A DNA stretch of 64,000 nt, taken from Candidatus Dojkabacteria bacterium. GTDB taxonomy: Bacteria > Patescibacteriota > Dojkabacteria > SC72 > JAHDCA01. Positions 39,168 through 47,748 of the stretch are shown here, piece by piece (the first letter of the stretch is position 1; each line of letters begins with the position of its first letter). Location of the stretch: positions 715,686 to 779,685 of the forward strand of contig CP129478.1 of assembly GCA_030583845.1 (NCBI GenBank), given 5' to 3'. The position numbers were made by a program, and so were the translations under genes. The notes under the pieces were generated by a model that saw only the letters and a list, made by a program, of their open reading frames with translations, did no database searches and had not been told where the DNA came from.

Positions 39168-40787
39168 ATGAACCAGAAACTCAAAATCTTCACAATCGTA
39201 ATGGCCCTTGGAACATTCGTGGTTGTCCTCGACAACACCATAATGAATGTCTCCATCCAGGCTCTCGTCCAAGACCTCAACACCACAGTAACTGGCGTCC
39301 AGACAGCGATCGCGTTAAACGCACTCATGATGGCGGCGTTTGTGCTTTTCGGCGGGAAGCTTGCCGACATTATCGGCATGAAGAAGACATTTATGACGGG
39401 TGTGCTGATCTATATCGCGGGAAGTCTCACTGCTTCATTTAGCAACAATCTGGGGGTATTCATACTTGGATGGTGTCTGATACAAGGGTTTGGGGCGGCG
39501 ATGATGCTGCCAAATGTGCAGACACTTATCCGTGCTGTACTGCATGGGGAGGCTAGGGCGAAGGCATATGGCGCAATGGCGGCAGTGAATGCAATCGCTG
39601 CAGCATTGGGGCCAGTGATCGGTGGCTTCTTGACGACATATTTCTCGTGGAGATGGGCATTCCGTATGGAGGTAGCTTTCCTGCTCTTCATCCTGGTGAT
39701 GAATCACTATATACCTAAAGATAAAGCGATTACGAAGAAGGTCGGTATCGATGGGTGGGGACTCGTACTTCAGGCTGGAGCCATGGTTTCGATTGTGCTT
39801 GGTATCTTGATGATCTCAGACTACGGTGCATTTATGGCAAAGCAGCCGGTGATTATTAACGGCATAAATATTACTGAAATGGGATTGGGGCTCTCGCCGG
39901 TCGTATGGCTGGTAGGTCTCGGCTTGGTGTTGCTAATGCTATTTATCCATGTAGAGAACAGCAAGCTTGAGAAAGGGAAGCCTTCGCTCGTGCATGTGGC
40001 GCTGTTCAAAATCCGTGATTTTGTGACAGGCTTGAAGGTAAGGAGCATGCAGGTATTTCTCGTAGCTGGAATACTCTTCTCGATGCCGCTTTTCTTGCAG
40101 GTGACTTTTGAGATATCGGCCTTTGAGACTGGCTTAGCTTTGTTACCGCTATCAATTAGCCTGGTGATCGGATCGTTTATCGGTGTGCGCATGGCCAAGA
40201 AATATCTGCCGAAAAATATTGTGCGGCTTGGAGCACTGATAGTGATGGCTGGATCGGTGATCTTAATGGCTCTGGTTACAAATAGTAGCGAGCCTGCAGA
40301 GATCGGGCTCGGCTTGATAGTATTTGGATTTGGCCTCGCGTTGATTGGCTCACAGATCGTGAACCTGATCCTCTCATCGGTCACGCCGAAGGAGACAGCC
40401 GAGGCATCTGGAATTACCAGCACTCTTGAGCAGCTTGGCAATTCTCTTGGTGTAGCAATCCTTGGATCGGTCTTAGTTGTAGCGCTTTCATTTTCACTAA
40501 CCCAGCAGCTAAATGCCGACACAAGCCTGCCTGCTGATATCCGTGAGAAAGCCCAGGCAGCTGTAAATGATGGGGTGGAGATCCTTTCAAATTCTCAAAT
40601 CGAAGAGCAGCTCTCTGATCTAGACCCAGAAGTTGAAGAGCAGGTACTGCAGATGTATGATAGCGCGCGCACAAATGCATTTAGGGTTACAATGTTGAGC
40701 GTGGGCTTTATTGGGCTATTGATGTTTATAACGGCAGCATCCTTGCCGGAGCGGAAGTTGGTTGAGGGGATGGAGAATTCGGCTTAG
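39168..40787 (+). CDS. MFS transporter, DHA2 (EmrB/QacA, 14-TMS) family
   Basis: 539 aa. The N-terminus MALGTFVVVLDNTIMNVSIQAL and motif A-like GKLADIIGMKK. It has 14 hydrophobic segments. Confidence 0.85.
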   Translation: MNQKLKIFTIVMALGTFVVVLDNTIMNVSIQALVQDLNTTVTGVQTAIALNALMMAAFVLFGGKLADIIGMKKTFMTGVLIYIAGSLTASFSNNLGVFILGWCLIQGFGAAMMLPNVQTLIRAVLHGEARAKAYGAMAAVNAIAAALGPVIGGFLTTYFSWRWAFRMEVAFLLFILVMNHYIPKDKAITKKVGIDGWGLVLQAGAMVSIVLGILMISDYGAFMAKQPVIINGINITEMGLGLSPVVWLVGLGLVLLMLFIHVENSKLEKGKPSLVHVALFKIRDFVTGLKVRSMQVFLVAGILFSMPLFLQVTFEISAFETGLALLPLSISLVIGSFIGVRMAKKYLPKNIVRLGALIVMAGSVILMALVTNSSEPAEIGLGLIVFGFGLALIGSQIVNLILSSVTPKETAEASGITSTLEQLGNSLGVAILGSVLVVALSFSLTQQLNADTSLPADIREKAQAAVNDGVEILSNSQIEEQLSDLDPEVEEQVLQMYDSARTNAFRVTMLSVGFIGLLMFITAASLPERKLVEGMENSA

Positions 40788-40801
40788 TTGCCTCGACTGC
40801 G

Positions 40802-41303
40802 ATGAATAGATTTACTGTAGTATTCCTACTAGACAAAAAGTATTCAAAGCTGGTGCTGCTCAAAAGAGCCTCCTGGATGAGCTTTGCCCCGAACCGATGC
40901 ACAGGGATTGGGGGGGAGCGTTGAGCCTGGTGAGGATTATCCTGAGGGTGCATTGAGAGAGCTTGAAGAGGAAACCGGAATAAAGAGTAGCGACATAGAA
41001 GAGTTCAGAATGATCGGCTTATTTACATTCAAGGGAGGAAAAGGCACTTACTGGGAGAATGGCTATGAGATCGGTTATTTCGATGCGACCTATTCACATG
41101 CCGATCTACCCCCTTGCAATGAAGGCGATATAAGCTGGGTTGGACTAGATCAACTCGATTCTCTTGATATTCTTGACGATACAAAGGCAGCGATTGAGCT
41201 TTTTAAAGAGGAAGTGTTTGGCAAGGTGATTGAGTCACCCTATGTTGGAGAGTTTCTTGAATCGGGAAGGGGTTGTACGGATACAATTCTGCTTGCTAAC
41301 TAG
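40802..41303 (+). pseudogene. Nudix hydrolase interrupted by a frameshift at a G7 homopolymer (40910..40916)
   Basis: Frame A from ATG 40802 encodes MNRFTVVFLLDKKYSKLVLLKRAS...GIGG and runs into TGA. The +1 frame after the G-run carries the Nudix box GSVEPGEDYPEGALRELEEETGI and the rest of the domain. Changing the run by one G joins the two frames. Confidence 0.6.
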
Positions 41304-42625
41304 TTAGTCGATGGGGCGAGTATAAGATTTGTGGTTGTTGGCACATCCGAAGTGTTGTACACAATCAAGTAGCTTCTCACTTGCGCTGGCAAATTGAAGG
41401 CTTCACCATAGCGTAATATTCTCACTCCTTCCGGTTGTACGATTACGACGATATTTTCCGGATCTGTTCCTGAATAATACAATCCCTGCAACCCGGCTAG
41501 ATCTACTATCCCGTTACGCTCTGCTGGCAAAGTGACTTGGTAAACTCCATCCGAACGCCATTCAGGAGAGAGCACAGGCATGATCACTGAAAACGGTTCC
41601 TCCAATGGTGGATACCACCACCTATCAGGCGATAGGTTTCTTTGCAGATGTAGTGCTATACGAATTGCATGCAACTCTTCTAAAGTGGTTGCGCTTTGAA
41701 ATATATGGTCTTCTGGTGCGAGCTCTTTCAGAGCTGCCAAAAGATAATTTACATAACCCATCTGATAGTAAGACTGAGCGAGGAATGGATATTGCAACAG
41801 CGTCTTAATATCAGGGATACCAGGTGTACCACGTGAGTAAGCAGCATCGACAAAGATTGTCCAGGATCCATAATCTGCATATGCGAAGCTGTCAGTACGC
41901 GGAACACATCCAGACTCGTTGCATACTGTGTTGTATAAGCCATCGTAGTATCTCAGGTAGTTCGGGCTTTTATTCAGGTAGTTCAATTCAACTTGCATCA
42001 TATATAGCATCGTCATAGCTGTGCTCCAAGACTCTTGGCCGTTTTCATTCCCTGCTGACATATCGTGGAATGGTGGTCCATATTGCATCAGGTATCTATG
42101 GCCTAGTTCGTGGACAAGGACATGCTGTATGATATCCCCCATGGCAAACTCGTTTAGCGACAAAGTGATGTCGGCTCCATATGCGCCAGGCTCGCCTTTG
42201 AAAGCTGCACTGCCGCTCACTGCTTGATCATGTAAGATGAAAATCTTGGTTGTGCCATCTTGGTCGGCAGTGAGAGCAAACCCCATACCTTTGAGCCAAC
42301 TATTAAAATGGTCTGCAGTCTCAGTTATTGTTGCAATCTGCTCGGCAGAAAGTATTGTCTGCTCAGTGCCTTCTGCGGATATTGGTATGTGAAGCTTGAA
42401 CTGCCCAGATGGGCTGAGAACCTCGGTGTAGTTAGGGTTGGCCTCAAACCAGTCAATAGCGGTTTGACTATAATGTGTTCGTTCAGTTGTTGACTGCTCG
42501 CCTAACTCTGTTGCCGGCTGATTCGGTGGCTTTTGTTGTGAGTCACTACAGCCAGCCAATGCAATACCCAGCGCTGCAGTAATTAGAAAACGGCCTTTAT
42601 TCATGTATTGAGGGAACTTAATCAA
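41300..42625 (-). CDS. Zinc metalloprotease lipoprotein (HExxH), family unassigned
   Basis: Lipobox signal ITAALGIALAGCSD. HExxH motif HVLVHELGHRY. 441 aa. It overlaps the 3' end of the Nudix gene by 4 nt on the opposite strand. Confidence 0.55.
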   Translation of the reverse strand: MIKFPQYMNKGRFLITAALGIALAGCSDSQQKPPNQPATELGEQSTTERTHYSQTAIDWFEANPNYTEVLSPSGQFKLHIPISAEGTEQTILSAEQIATITETADHFNSWLKGMGFALTADQDGTTKIFILHDQAVSGSAAFKGEPGAYGADITLSLNEFAMGDIIQHVLVHELGHRYLMQYGPPFHDMSAGNENGQESWSTAMTMLYMMQVELNYLNKSPNYLRYYDGLYNTVCNESGCVPRTDSFAYADYGSWTIFVDAAYSRGTPGIPDIKTLLQYPFLAQSYYQMGYVNYLLAALKELAPEDHIFQSATTLEELHAIRIALHLQRNLSPDRWWYPPLEEPFSVIMPVLSPEWRSDGVYQVTLPAERNGIVDLAGLQGLYYSGTDPENIVVIVQPEGVRILRYGEAFNLPAQVRSYLIVYNTSDVPTTTNLILAPSTN

Positions 42626-42683
42626 AGAAGAGTGAATTGTACACTATGGGACTATTGAGGGCAACTCTAATCAAGCACAAGCA

Positions 42684-42740
42684 GAAAATATTCTTTGAGT
42701 AGTAGTCGTAAATTGGATCTTTTTAAAGCCTTATCTTTAT
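42684..42740 (-). pseudogene. Relic fragment duplicating the first ~19 codons of the CFA-synthase-like methyltransferase gene (38932..38990)
   Basis: The minus-strand reading IRL*KDPIYDYYSKNIF compares with the intact gene's EIRLSEDPINDYYSKNIF. The 38-nt core is 35/38 identical and the whole ~57 nt about 80% identical. Confidence 0.5.
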
Positions 42741-42779
42741 AATATCTTACACAATCTGGAGATAGATATGTGATAACTG

Positions 42780-43547
42780 CTAATATTTGGCGAAATTTCG
42801 CATCGCTAAAGATGAGACACTCATCTCCGTCTCTTCGAGATACTTGTCTAGTCCGCTTCTGTTGATAAATTTACGAATCCTATCCTTAGCCTCCAACCCA
42901 GAGATTACAGAGGTTGTTTTAACTTCCAACCCACTTTCAAAATCCCTGATCATATCGATAGTAATCTCAAATTGTTCGTAGCTGTACAGTTTTCGGGTCT
43001 TCACTATTGTTACGAACTCCTTAAAGCTCATAAGGGTTAGAAGGCTATGAGTATTCTCATAATCGTCAACAGCAATCTCTTTTTCTAGAGTGGTTTCCTT
43101 TTTATATGGCTCTGCAAGTCGTTTCACACCGAGAGTCGTAATAATGCTGTCCTTATAACCAATCCGTTGCTCACGTATCCTTACTCCCTGTCCTTTGCCG
43201 GTCTCAAACCAGATACTCGTATGAGTACTATCGTTTATATCATTTGGCACATACCAGTGATCTGTTAACTCACCATTGTAGAGTAGTTTTGACCCTATCT
43301 TAATTAATATGTTTTCAATGGTTATGAGGTCAGTACATTTATAACGTAGCTCAATTGTAATCTCTTCGCTTACTGGTTCTTGATTTGCTACAAATCTATC
43401 AAGCTCTGACTGGTGGATTCTAACGTTATGTCCAAACTTTATAGCTGTTATGTCGCCATTCTTTATATAATTGCGTATAGTCTGCCAGTGAACCTTAAGG
43501 TACAGAGCGGCCTCCTTAATTGTGAGGAGCTTATCACTATTTATCAT
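42780..43547 (-). CDS. Fusion protein: N-terminal excisionase/MerR-type HTH DNA-binding domain plus C-terminal CYTH (CyaB/thiamine-triphosphatase-like) domain
   Basis: HTH: LTIKEAALYLKVHWQTIRNYIKNGDITAIKFGHNVRI. CYTH: EITIELRYK (ExExK-like start), basic RIRE, and the C-terminal acidic beta-strand motif FEITIDMIRDFESGLEVKT. Confidence 0.55.
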   Translation of the reverse strand: MINSDKLLTIKEAALYLKVHWQTIRNYIKNGDITAIKFGHNVRIHQSELDRFVANQEPVSEEITIELRYKCTDLITIENILIKIGSKLLYNGELTDHWYVPNDINDSTHTSIWFETGKGQGVRIREQRIGYKDSIITTLGVKRLAEPYKKETTLEKEIAVDDYENTHSLLTLMSFKEFVTIVKTRKLYSYEQFEITIDMIRDFESGLEVKTTSVISGLEAKDRIRKFINRSGLDKYLEETEMSVSSLAMRNFAKY

Positions 43548-43592
43548 ATATTTATTATATCCAATGATAAGTGATAATGCTATTTTGAGTGA

Positions 43593-44423
43593 ATGACGAA
43601 GAATCAGAAGCTACTAAAAGAGCTATATGGAATTACACCGAAAGACTTTAAGTCGTTAATCCCTAATGATCTGGTCCATTTAGTTTCGGAAATGCATATA
43701 GTCAAGAGATATGTGTCCCCAGGATATATCCCAGAGGGGCTTATTAAGGATAACCTGTATATGCATCTCGAGAGATTGATTATATTGGCCACAGAGATAT
43801 ATATTCCTCCTATGGATGGAGACACGCTAACGCGCACGCTCTGGGTTCATGATGTTGGTGAGATGGGGAAGGCTAACGATGTGATAAATGTCGAGAAGTC
43901 TGATAAACCCAATAGGAGGGTAAATGAAAAAATGTCGGAGGAAGTTGTCGCAAAGGGAATGTTGTCAGAAGAGGATTATAAGCTTCTTTTACAATTTAGA
44001 CAGGTATCCGATAGCTTTGAGAAGGAAGTCCCAGTCAATGTATCAAAGGAATTTGTCGTCGCTAAGGTTCTAGATTTTATAGAAAATCCAATTGACTTCT
44101 TCTATTGGTACACCAAATGGATAAGGAAAGGGAATGTCTATGATGGTATTACCCCTCCTAAAGTACTTTTTACATACACTCTATTGCAAACTAAGAAAGT
44201 ATGGAGTTCTATAAATGGATCAGATTCAATATCTGAAGAGATAAAAGTATACTGCCTGAGCCTTCTTTGCCTGCAGATCGATGGTATATTAAGGCTTTGG
44301 GATGAGGTACCTGAGAATCAAATACCTAGGCCTATGGCTGATGAGCTTAAGCAGATGAGTCACTTCCTAATGGAGCATGACAAGAGAATCCTGACGAGAG
44401 GATTTCTCTTCAGTACCCATTAA
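43593..44423 (+). CDS. HD-domain phosphohydrolase (YfbR-like 5'-deoxynucleotidase family), putative
   Basis: H...HD...D pattern: NLYMHLERLIILATEIY ... TLWVHDVGEMGKANDVINVEKSDK. 276 aa. It is divergent from the HTH-CYTH gene with a 45-nt spacer. Confidence 0.5.
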   Translation: MTKNQKLLKELYGITPKDFKSLIPNDLVHLVSEMHIVKRYVSPGYIPEGLIKDNLYMHLERLIILATEIYIPPMDGDTLTRTLWVHDVGEMGKANDVINVEKSDKPNRRVNEKMSEEVVAKGMLSEEDYKLLLQFRQVSDSFEKEVPVNVSKEFVVAKVLDFIENPIDFFYWYTKWIRKGNVYDGITPPKVLFTYTLLQTKKVWSSINGSDSISEEIKVYCLSLLCLQIDGILRLWDEVPENQIPRPMADELKQMSHFLMEHDKRILTRGFLFSTH

Positions 44424-44466
44424 ACTCACATTCGAGCTGCCGCCGCTTTTCAAATCACTCACAATA

Positions 44467-44475
44467 TGCTATACT
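44467..44475 (+). promoter_or_regulatory. Candidate extended -10 element (TGCTATACT) about 160 nt upstream of the DEAD-box helicase gene
   Basis: TGnTATACT match. The long leader is consistent with cold-shock-type helicase mRNAs. Confidence 0.25.
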
Positions 44476-44635
44476 CTGCTCCCTCTAAAAGGCTTAAAGA
44501 ATTTCCAAAAGATAAGTAATTAAGTGAGCCAGTTAGATTGGCTTGCGTCGTATAAAAGGTCTGCACTTCTATTCTGATTTGCCGCTATTACCATTTTGTC
44601 CGATGCAAATATATTAAATTTGTTCGGATAAAGTT

Positions 44636-45937
44636 ATGAACTACGAAAGTAGAGACTCTCAGCGCGGTAATTACCGTGGCAGACGAGATGGAGGCCAGCG
44701 CAGATCTGGTTCCAACCGTGGTGGGTATAGCCAAGGTGGCTATGGCCAAAACGGCTACAGCCAGGGTCGCAGAAGCGGCTACGGTGGAAGATCCCGATAT
44801 GGTGGTGGTCGACGTGGACGTGGCAGGTTTAAGGGAGCCCCAATAAGCCATGACCGATATGTGTCAAAAGCTGTAATCACAGAGACAAAGCCGTATGTAA
44901 GCGATATTACATTTGATACTTACAATTTCCATCCATCCCTTCACTCAAATATTAAGAGCAAGGGCTACAGTCGACCGACAGAAGTCCAGGAGAAGACCAT
45001 CAATGAGATTATGGCCGGTCGAAACGTGCTTGGAATCTCATCCACAGGCTCGGGCAAGACCGCTGCCTTCTTGATCCCATCTGTTAACAAGATGCTGGCA
45101 GACAGAAATCAGAAGCTGTTGGTAATTGCTCCTACGAGAGAGCTTGCAATGCAGATCGAGAGTGAGGCATTTTCACTGGTAAGAAATACACAGTTGAGAA
45201 CTTCACGCGTTATTGGTGGAGAGAGCATCGGCCGTCAGGCCAGCTACTTGAGGCGAAGACCGGAGATCGTGATCGGTACACCGGGACGATTGAAAGATAT
45301 GCATGACCGCAAGGCTCTTTACCTCAATGAATTTAACAACATCGTGTTAGATGAGGTAGATCGAATGCTCGATATGGGCTTCGTAGATGATATTCAGTTC
45401 TTGATCTCACAGATCTCGCAGGAGCGACAGGCACTGTTCTTCTCAGCGACAATCGACCAGCGAGTTGAGTCTATAGCCTCAGGACTTGCATCAGACTTTG
45501 TGAGCATCAAATTGAGCGAGAACCAGACAGCGCAAAATGTCGCGCAGGATATCGTAAAAGTGACCTCATATCAGGATAAGATTGAGAAGCTGCACGATAT
45601 GCTCAACCGCGAGGATGTGAATAAGACGCTTATATTTGTCGAAACAAAGCGCGAAGTTGATAAGGTGGAGCGACAGCTCCGTGATCGAGGCTTCGCAGTC
45701 GCCGGTATCCATGGTGATAAATCACAGAGTAAAAGAAAGCGAATTATTCAAGACTATCGCAACAACGCGGTCAAGATCTTGCTCGCTACCAATGTGGTCG
45801 CTCGAGGATTGGATGTGAAAGATATCACCCATGTGATCAATTTCGATGAGCCGGAGAGCTACGACGAGTATATTCATAGAATTGGGCGTACTGGCCGAAA
45901 CGGTAGGAGCGGTCAGGCGTATACCTTTGTATACTAG
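44636..45937 (+). CDS. DEAD-box ATP-dependent RNA helicase with an N-terminal Arg/Gly-rich (RGG-like) low-complexity extension
   Basis: Motifs: Q, GSGKTAAF (I), PTRELA, DEVD (II), SAT (III), HRIGRTGRNG (VI). The first ~70 aa are RGG/GYG repeats. The protein ends right after motif VI. Confidence 0.9.
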   Translation: MNYESRDSQRGNYRGRRDGGQRRSGSNRGGYSQGGYGQNGYSQGRRSGYGGRSRYGGGRRGRGRFKGAPISHDRYVSKAVITETKPYVSDITFDTYNFHPSLHSNIKSKGYSRPTEVQEKTINEIMAGRNVLGISSTGSGKTAAFLIPSVNKMLADRNQKLLVIAPTRELAMQIESEAFSLVRNTQLRTSRVIGGESIGRQASYLRRRPEIVIGTPGRLKDMHDRKALYLNEFNNIVLDEVDRMLDMGFVDDIQFLISQISQERQALFFSATIDQRVESIASGLASDFVSIKLSENQTAQNVAQDIVKVTSYQDKIEKLHDMLNREDVNKTLIFVETKREVDKVERQLRDRGFAVAGIHGDKSQSKRKRIIQDYRNNAVKILLATNVVARGLDVKDITHVINFDEPESYDEYIHRIGRTGRNGRSGQAYTFVY

Positions 45938-45938
45938 A

Positions 45939-47642
45939 TTACTGCTTAACCAAGACTCCGTCTTCAAAAGTGTAAATCGTGTCGACGATCTCAAGCTCAT
46001 CTTTGTTGTGAGTGATAAGAATGGCGGTTTTATCGGCTAAAAATTCATTTAGGGAGTGTCTGATCTCGGATTTATTCTTTTCGTCGATCCCGTTAAAAGA
46101 TTCATCTAAGAGGTATATCCTAGCGTTTCGGTATATACCTCTTGCTAGTCTAAGCCTTTGTTTCTGTCCAGTTGACAGTCCTACTCGTTGAGTTCCAATA
46201 ACTTCATCCAAGTCCTTGATAAAATCGTATGACTCTGAGATTTTGAGTGCCCTGTCGAGATCGAAAGGGTCTTCCTTCTCACCAAGAAGAATGTTCTCTC
46301 TAAAACTTGTATTGAAGATATGGTCGTCATTTGAAACTAGGCAGAGGTCACCTCTTGTTACCCTGTGTAGGTTTATGGGTGATCCATCAATACTTATCTC
46401 ACCGTCATAATCAAGCAGGCCGAGTAGTAGGTTGATGAGGGTACTTTTCCCTGATCCGCTTTTACCGACGACACCAACTTTCTCTCCTCGTTTTAGCTCA
46501 AAATTCGGGATACTTATGTTTAGCAAATTCCCATCCGACAGCTTAAACTTCGTGGTCACATTGCTGAACTGGATGCTATTCCACTCTTCAGGAAATGGAA
46601 GCTTCTTGTCTGCGTCAGGGAATGAAAGTATCTCAGCTAGCTCACGATTTACAATTTTTGCGTTCACCCGCTGTTCAACGATTGATGCATAATACTCAAT
46701 AATAAATACAACTATCCCCCAAAGCTGCGAATATGCCCAATTAATGAGTAGCACGAAACCTATCTCGAGCTCGCCAGAAATTACCTGGTAGATACCCGTG
46801 AAAAGTGTGGCTATAAACAGAAAATTAAAGAGGTTGAGCTGAATTAGCCACCTTTTGGCGTGGAAATCTCTTACATCTTTTAACCGGTCCCATTTTAGTG
46901 AGGTCTCAAGGCGACTCGCAGTTATCATGTAATCTGGTATAAGCATCCGTCTGATGCTTGTCAGCTGCAGAATCATTTCCGTTATGCGGGTGTCAGAAGC
47001 TATGCTTTGCTCCGAGTGCGCATTTGCAAGTGTGCTAAATTTTGCTGAAATGCGGAATGAATATGCAATAAAAAATGTAAAATACAGTAGATTCAATGCA
47101 AGTATCCATGGGCCTTGCTGTGCCAAGATAATTACAACGATTATGAAGTTTGTTAGCAGAAAAGGTATTCCCCACACCCACTGGTTGAGGAAATGGGACA
47201 CTCCTGACAGGTACTTATTTATCATCTGCATGAGCTTCTCGTTTGAGTAGCCCATCATCTTATGGAAATTCGAATCGAGTATGCTCCTGTAGATTCGGAT
47301 TCTCGCGTAATCTGAGAACATCTGTGGAAAAGCCTCTGAGTATTTCCGTATGAAATATCCAGCAACCTCGCTGAGAGATTTGGCAAAAAAATAGAATAGC
47401 AAATAGTGAGTGATTAAAACATGCACATCGATGTTCTCTATGTTTGAAAATAGGTCGCTCAACAAATATGTAGCGTAGAAACTAGACAGAGCAGTAATTA
47501 CCGCTACGAAACTTAGTACTAGGAATGAAGTCTTGAAAGGCCCTATATATCTAAAGAAAAAAGTGTGAGAGTACTTGGGTAGTGAGGTTATATCTTCTAT
47601 CCTCTCGACTTTATCTAGCTTATGTTTCCAAAATATGCTCAA
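45939..47642 (-). CDS. ABC transporter, fused permease-ATPase (type I exporter)
   Basis: Six N-terminal transmembrane helices. Walker A GVVGKSGSGKSTL. Signature LSTGQKQRLRLARGIY. Walker B IYLLDESFNGID. It is convergent with the helicase gene with a 1-nt gap. Confidence 0.85.
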   Translation of the reverse strand: MSIFWKHKLDKVERIEDITSLPKYSHTFFFRYIGPFKTSFLVLSFVAVITALSSFYATYLLSDLFSNIENIDVHVLITHYLLFYFFAKSLSEVAGYFIRKYSEAFPQMFSDYARIRIYRSILDSNFHKMMGYSNEKLMQMINKYLSGVSHFLNQWVWGIPFLLTNFIIVVIILAQQGPWILALNLLYFTFFIAYSFRISAKFSTLANAHSEQSIASDTRITEMILQLTSIRRMLIPDYMITASRLETSLKWDRLKDVRDFHAKRWLIQLNLFNFLFIATLFTGIYQVISGELEIGFVLLINWAYSQLWGIVVFIIEYYASIVEQRVNAKIVNRELAEILSFPDADKKLPFPEEWNSIQFSNVTTKFKLSDGNLLNISIPNFELKRGEKVGVVGKSGSGKSTLINLLLGLLDYDGEISIDGSPINLHRVTRGDLCLVSNDDHIFNTSFRENILLGEKEDPFDLDRALKISESYDFIKDLDEVIGTQRVGLSTGQKQRLRLARGIYRNARIYLLDESFNGIDEKNKSEIRHSLNEFLADKTAILITHNKDELEIVDTIYTFEDGVLVKQ

Positions 47643-47748
47643 GATAGGTAGGTGTTAAAAGTAATGCATCTGTGCTCATTAGTTTAGTGAATTATACATC
47701 AACTAGGGGATGCAGGCTGCAAATTGAGTAGACGAAAGCTCGCTAAAG

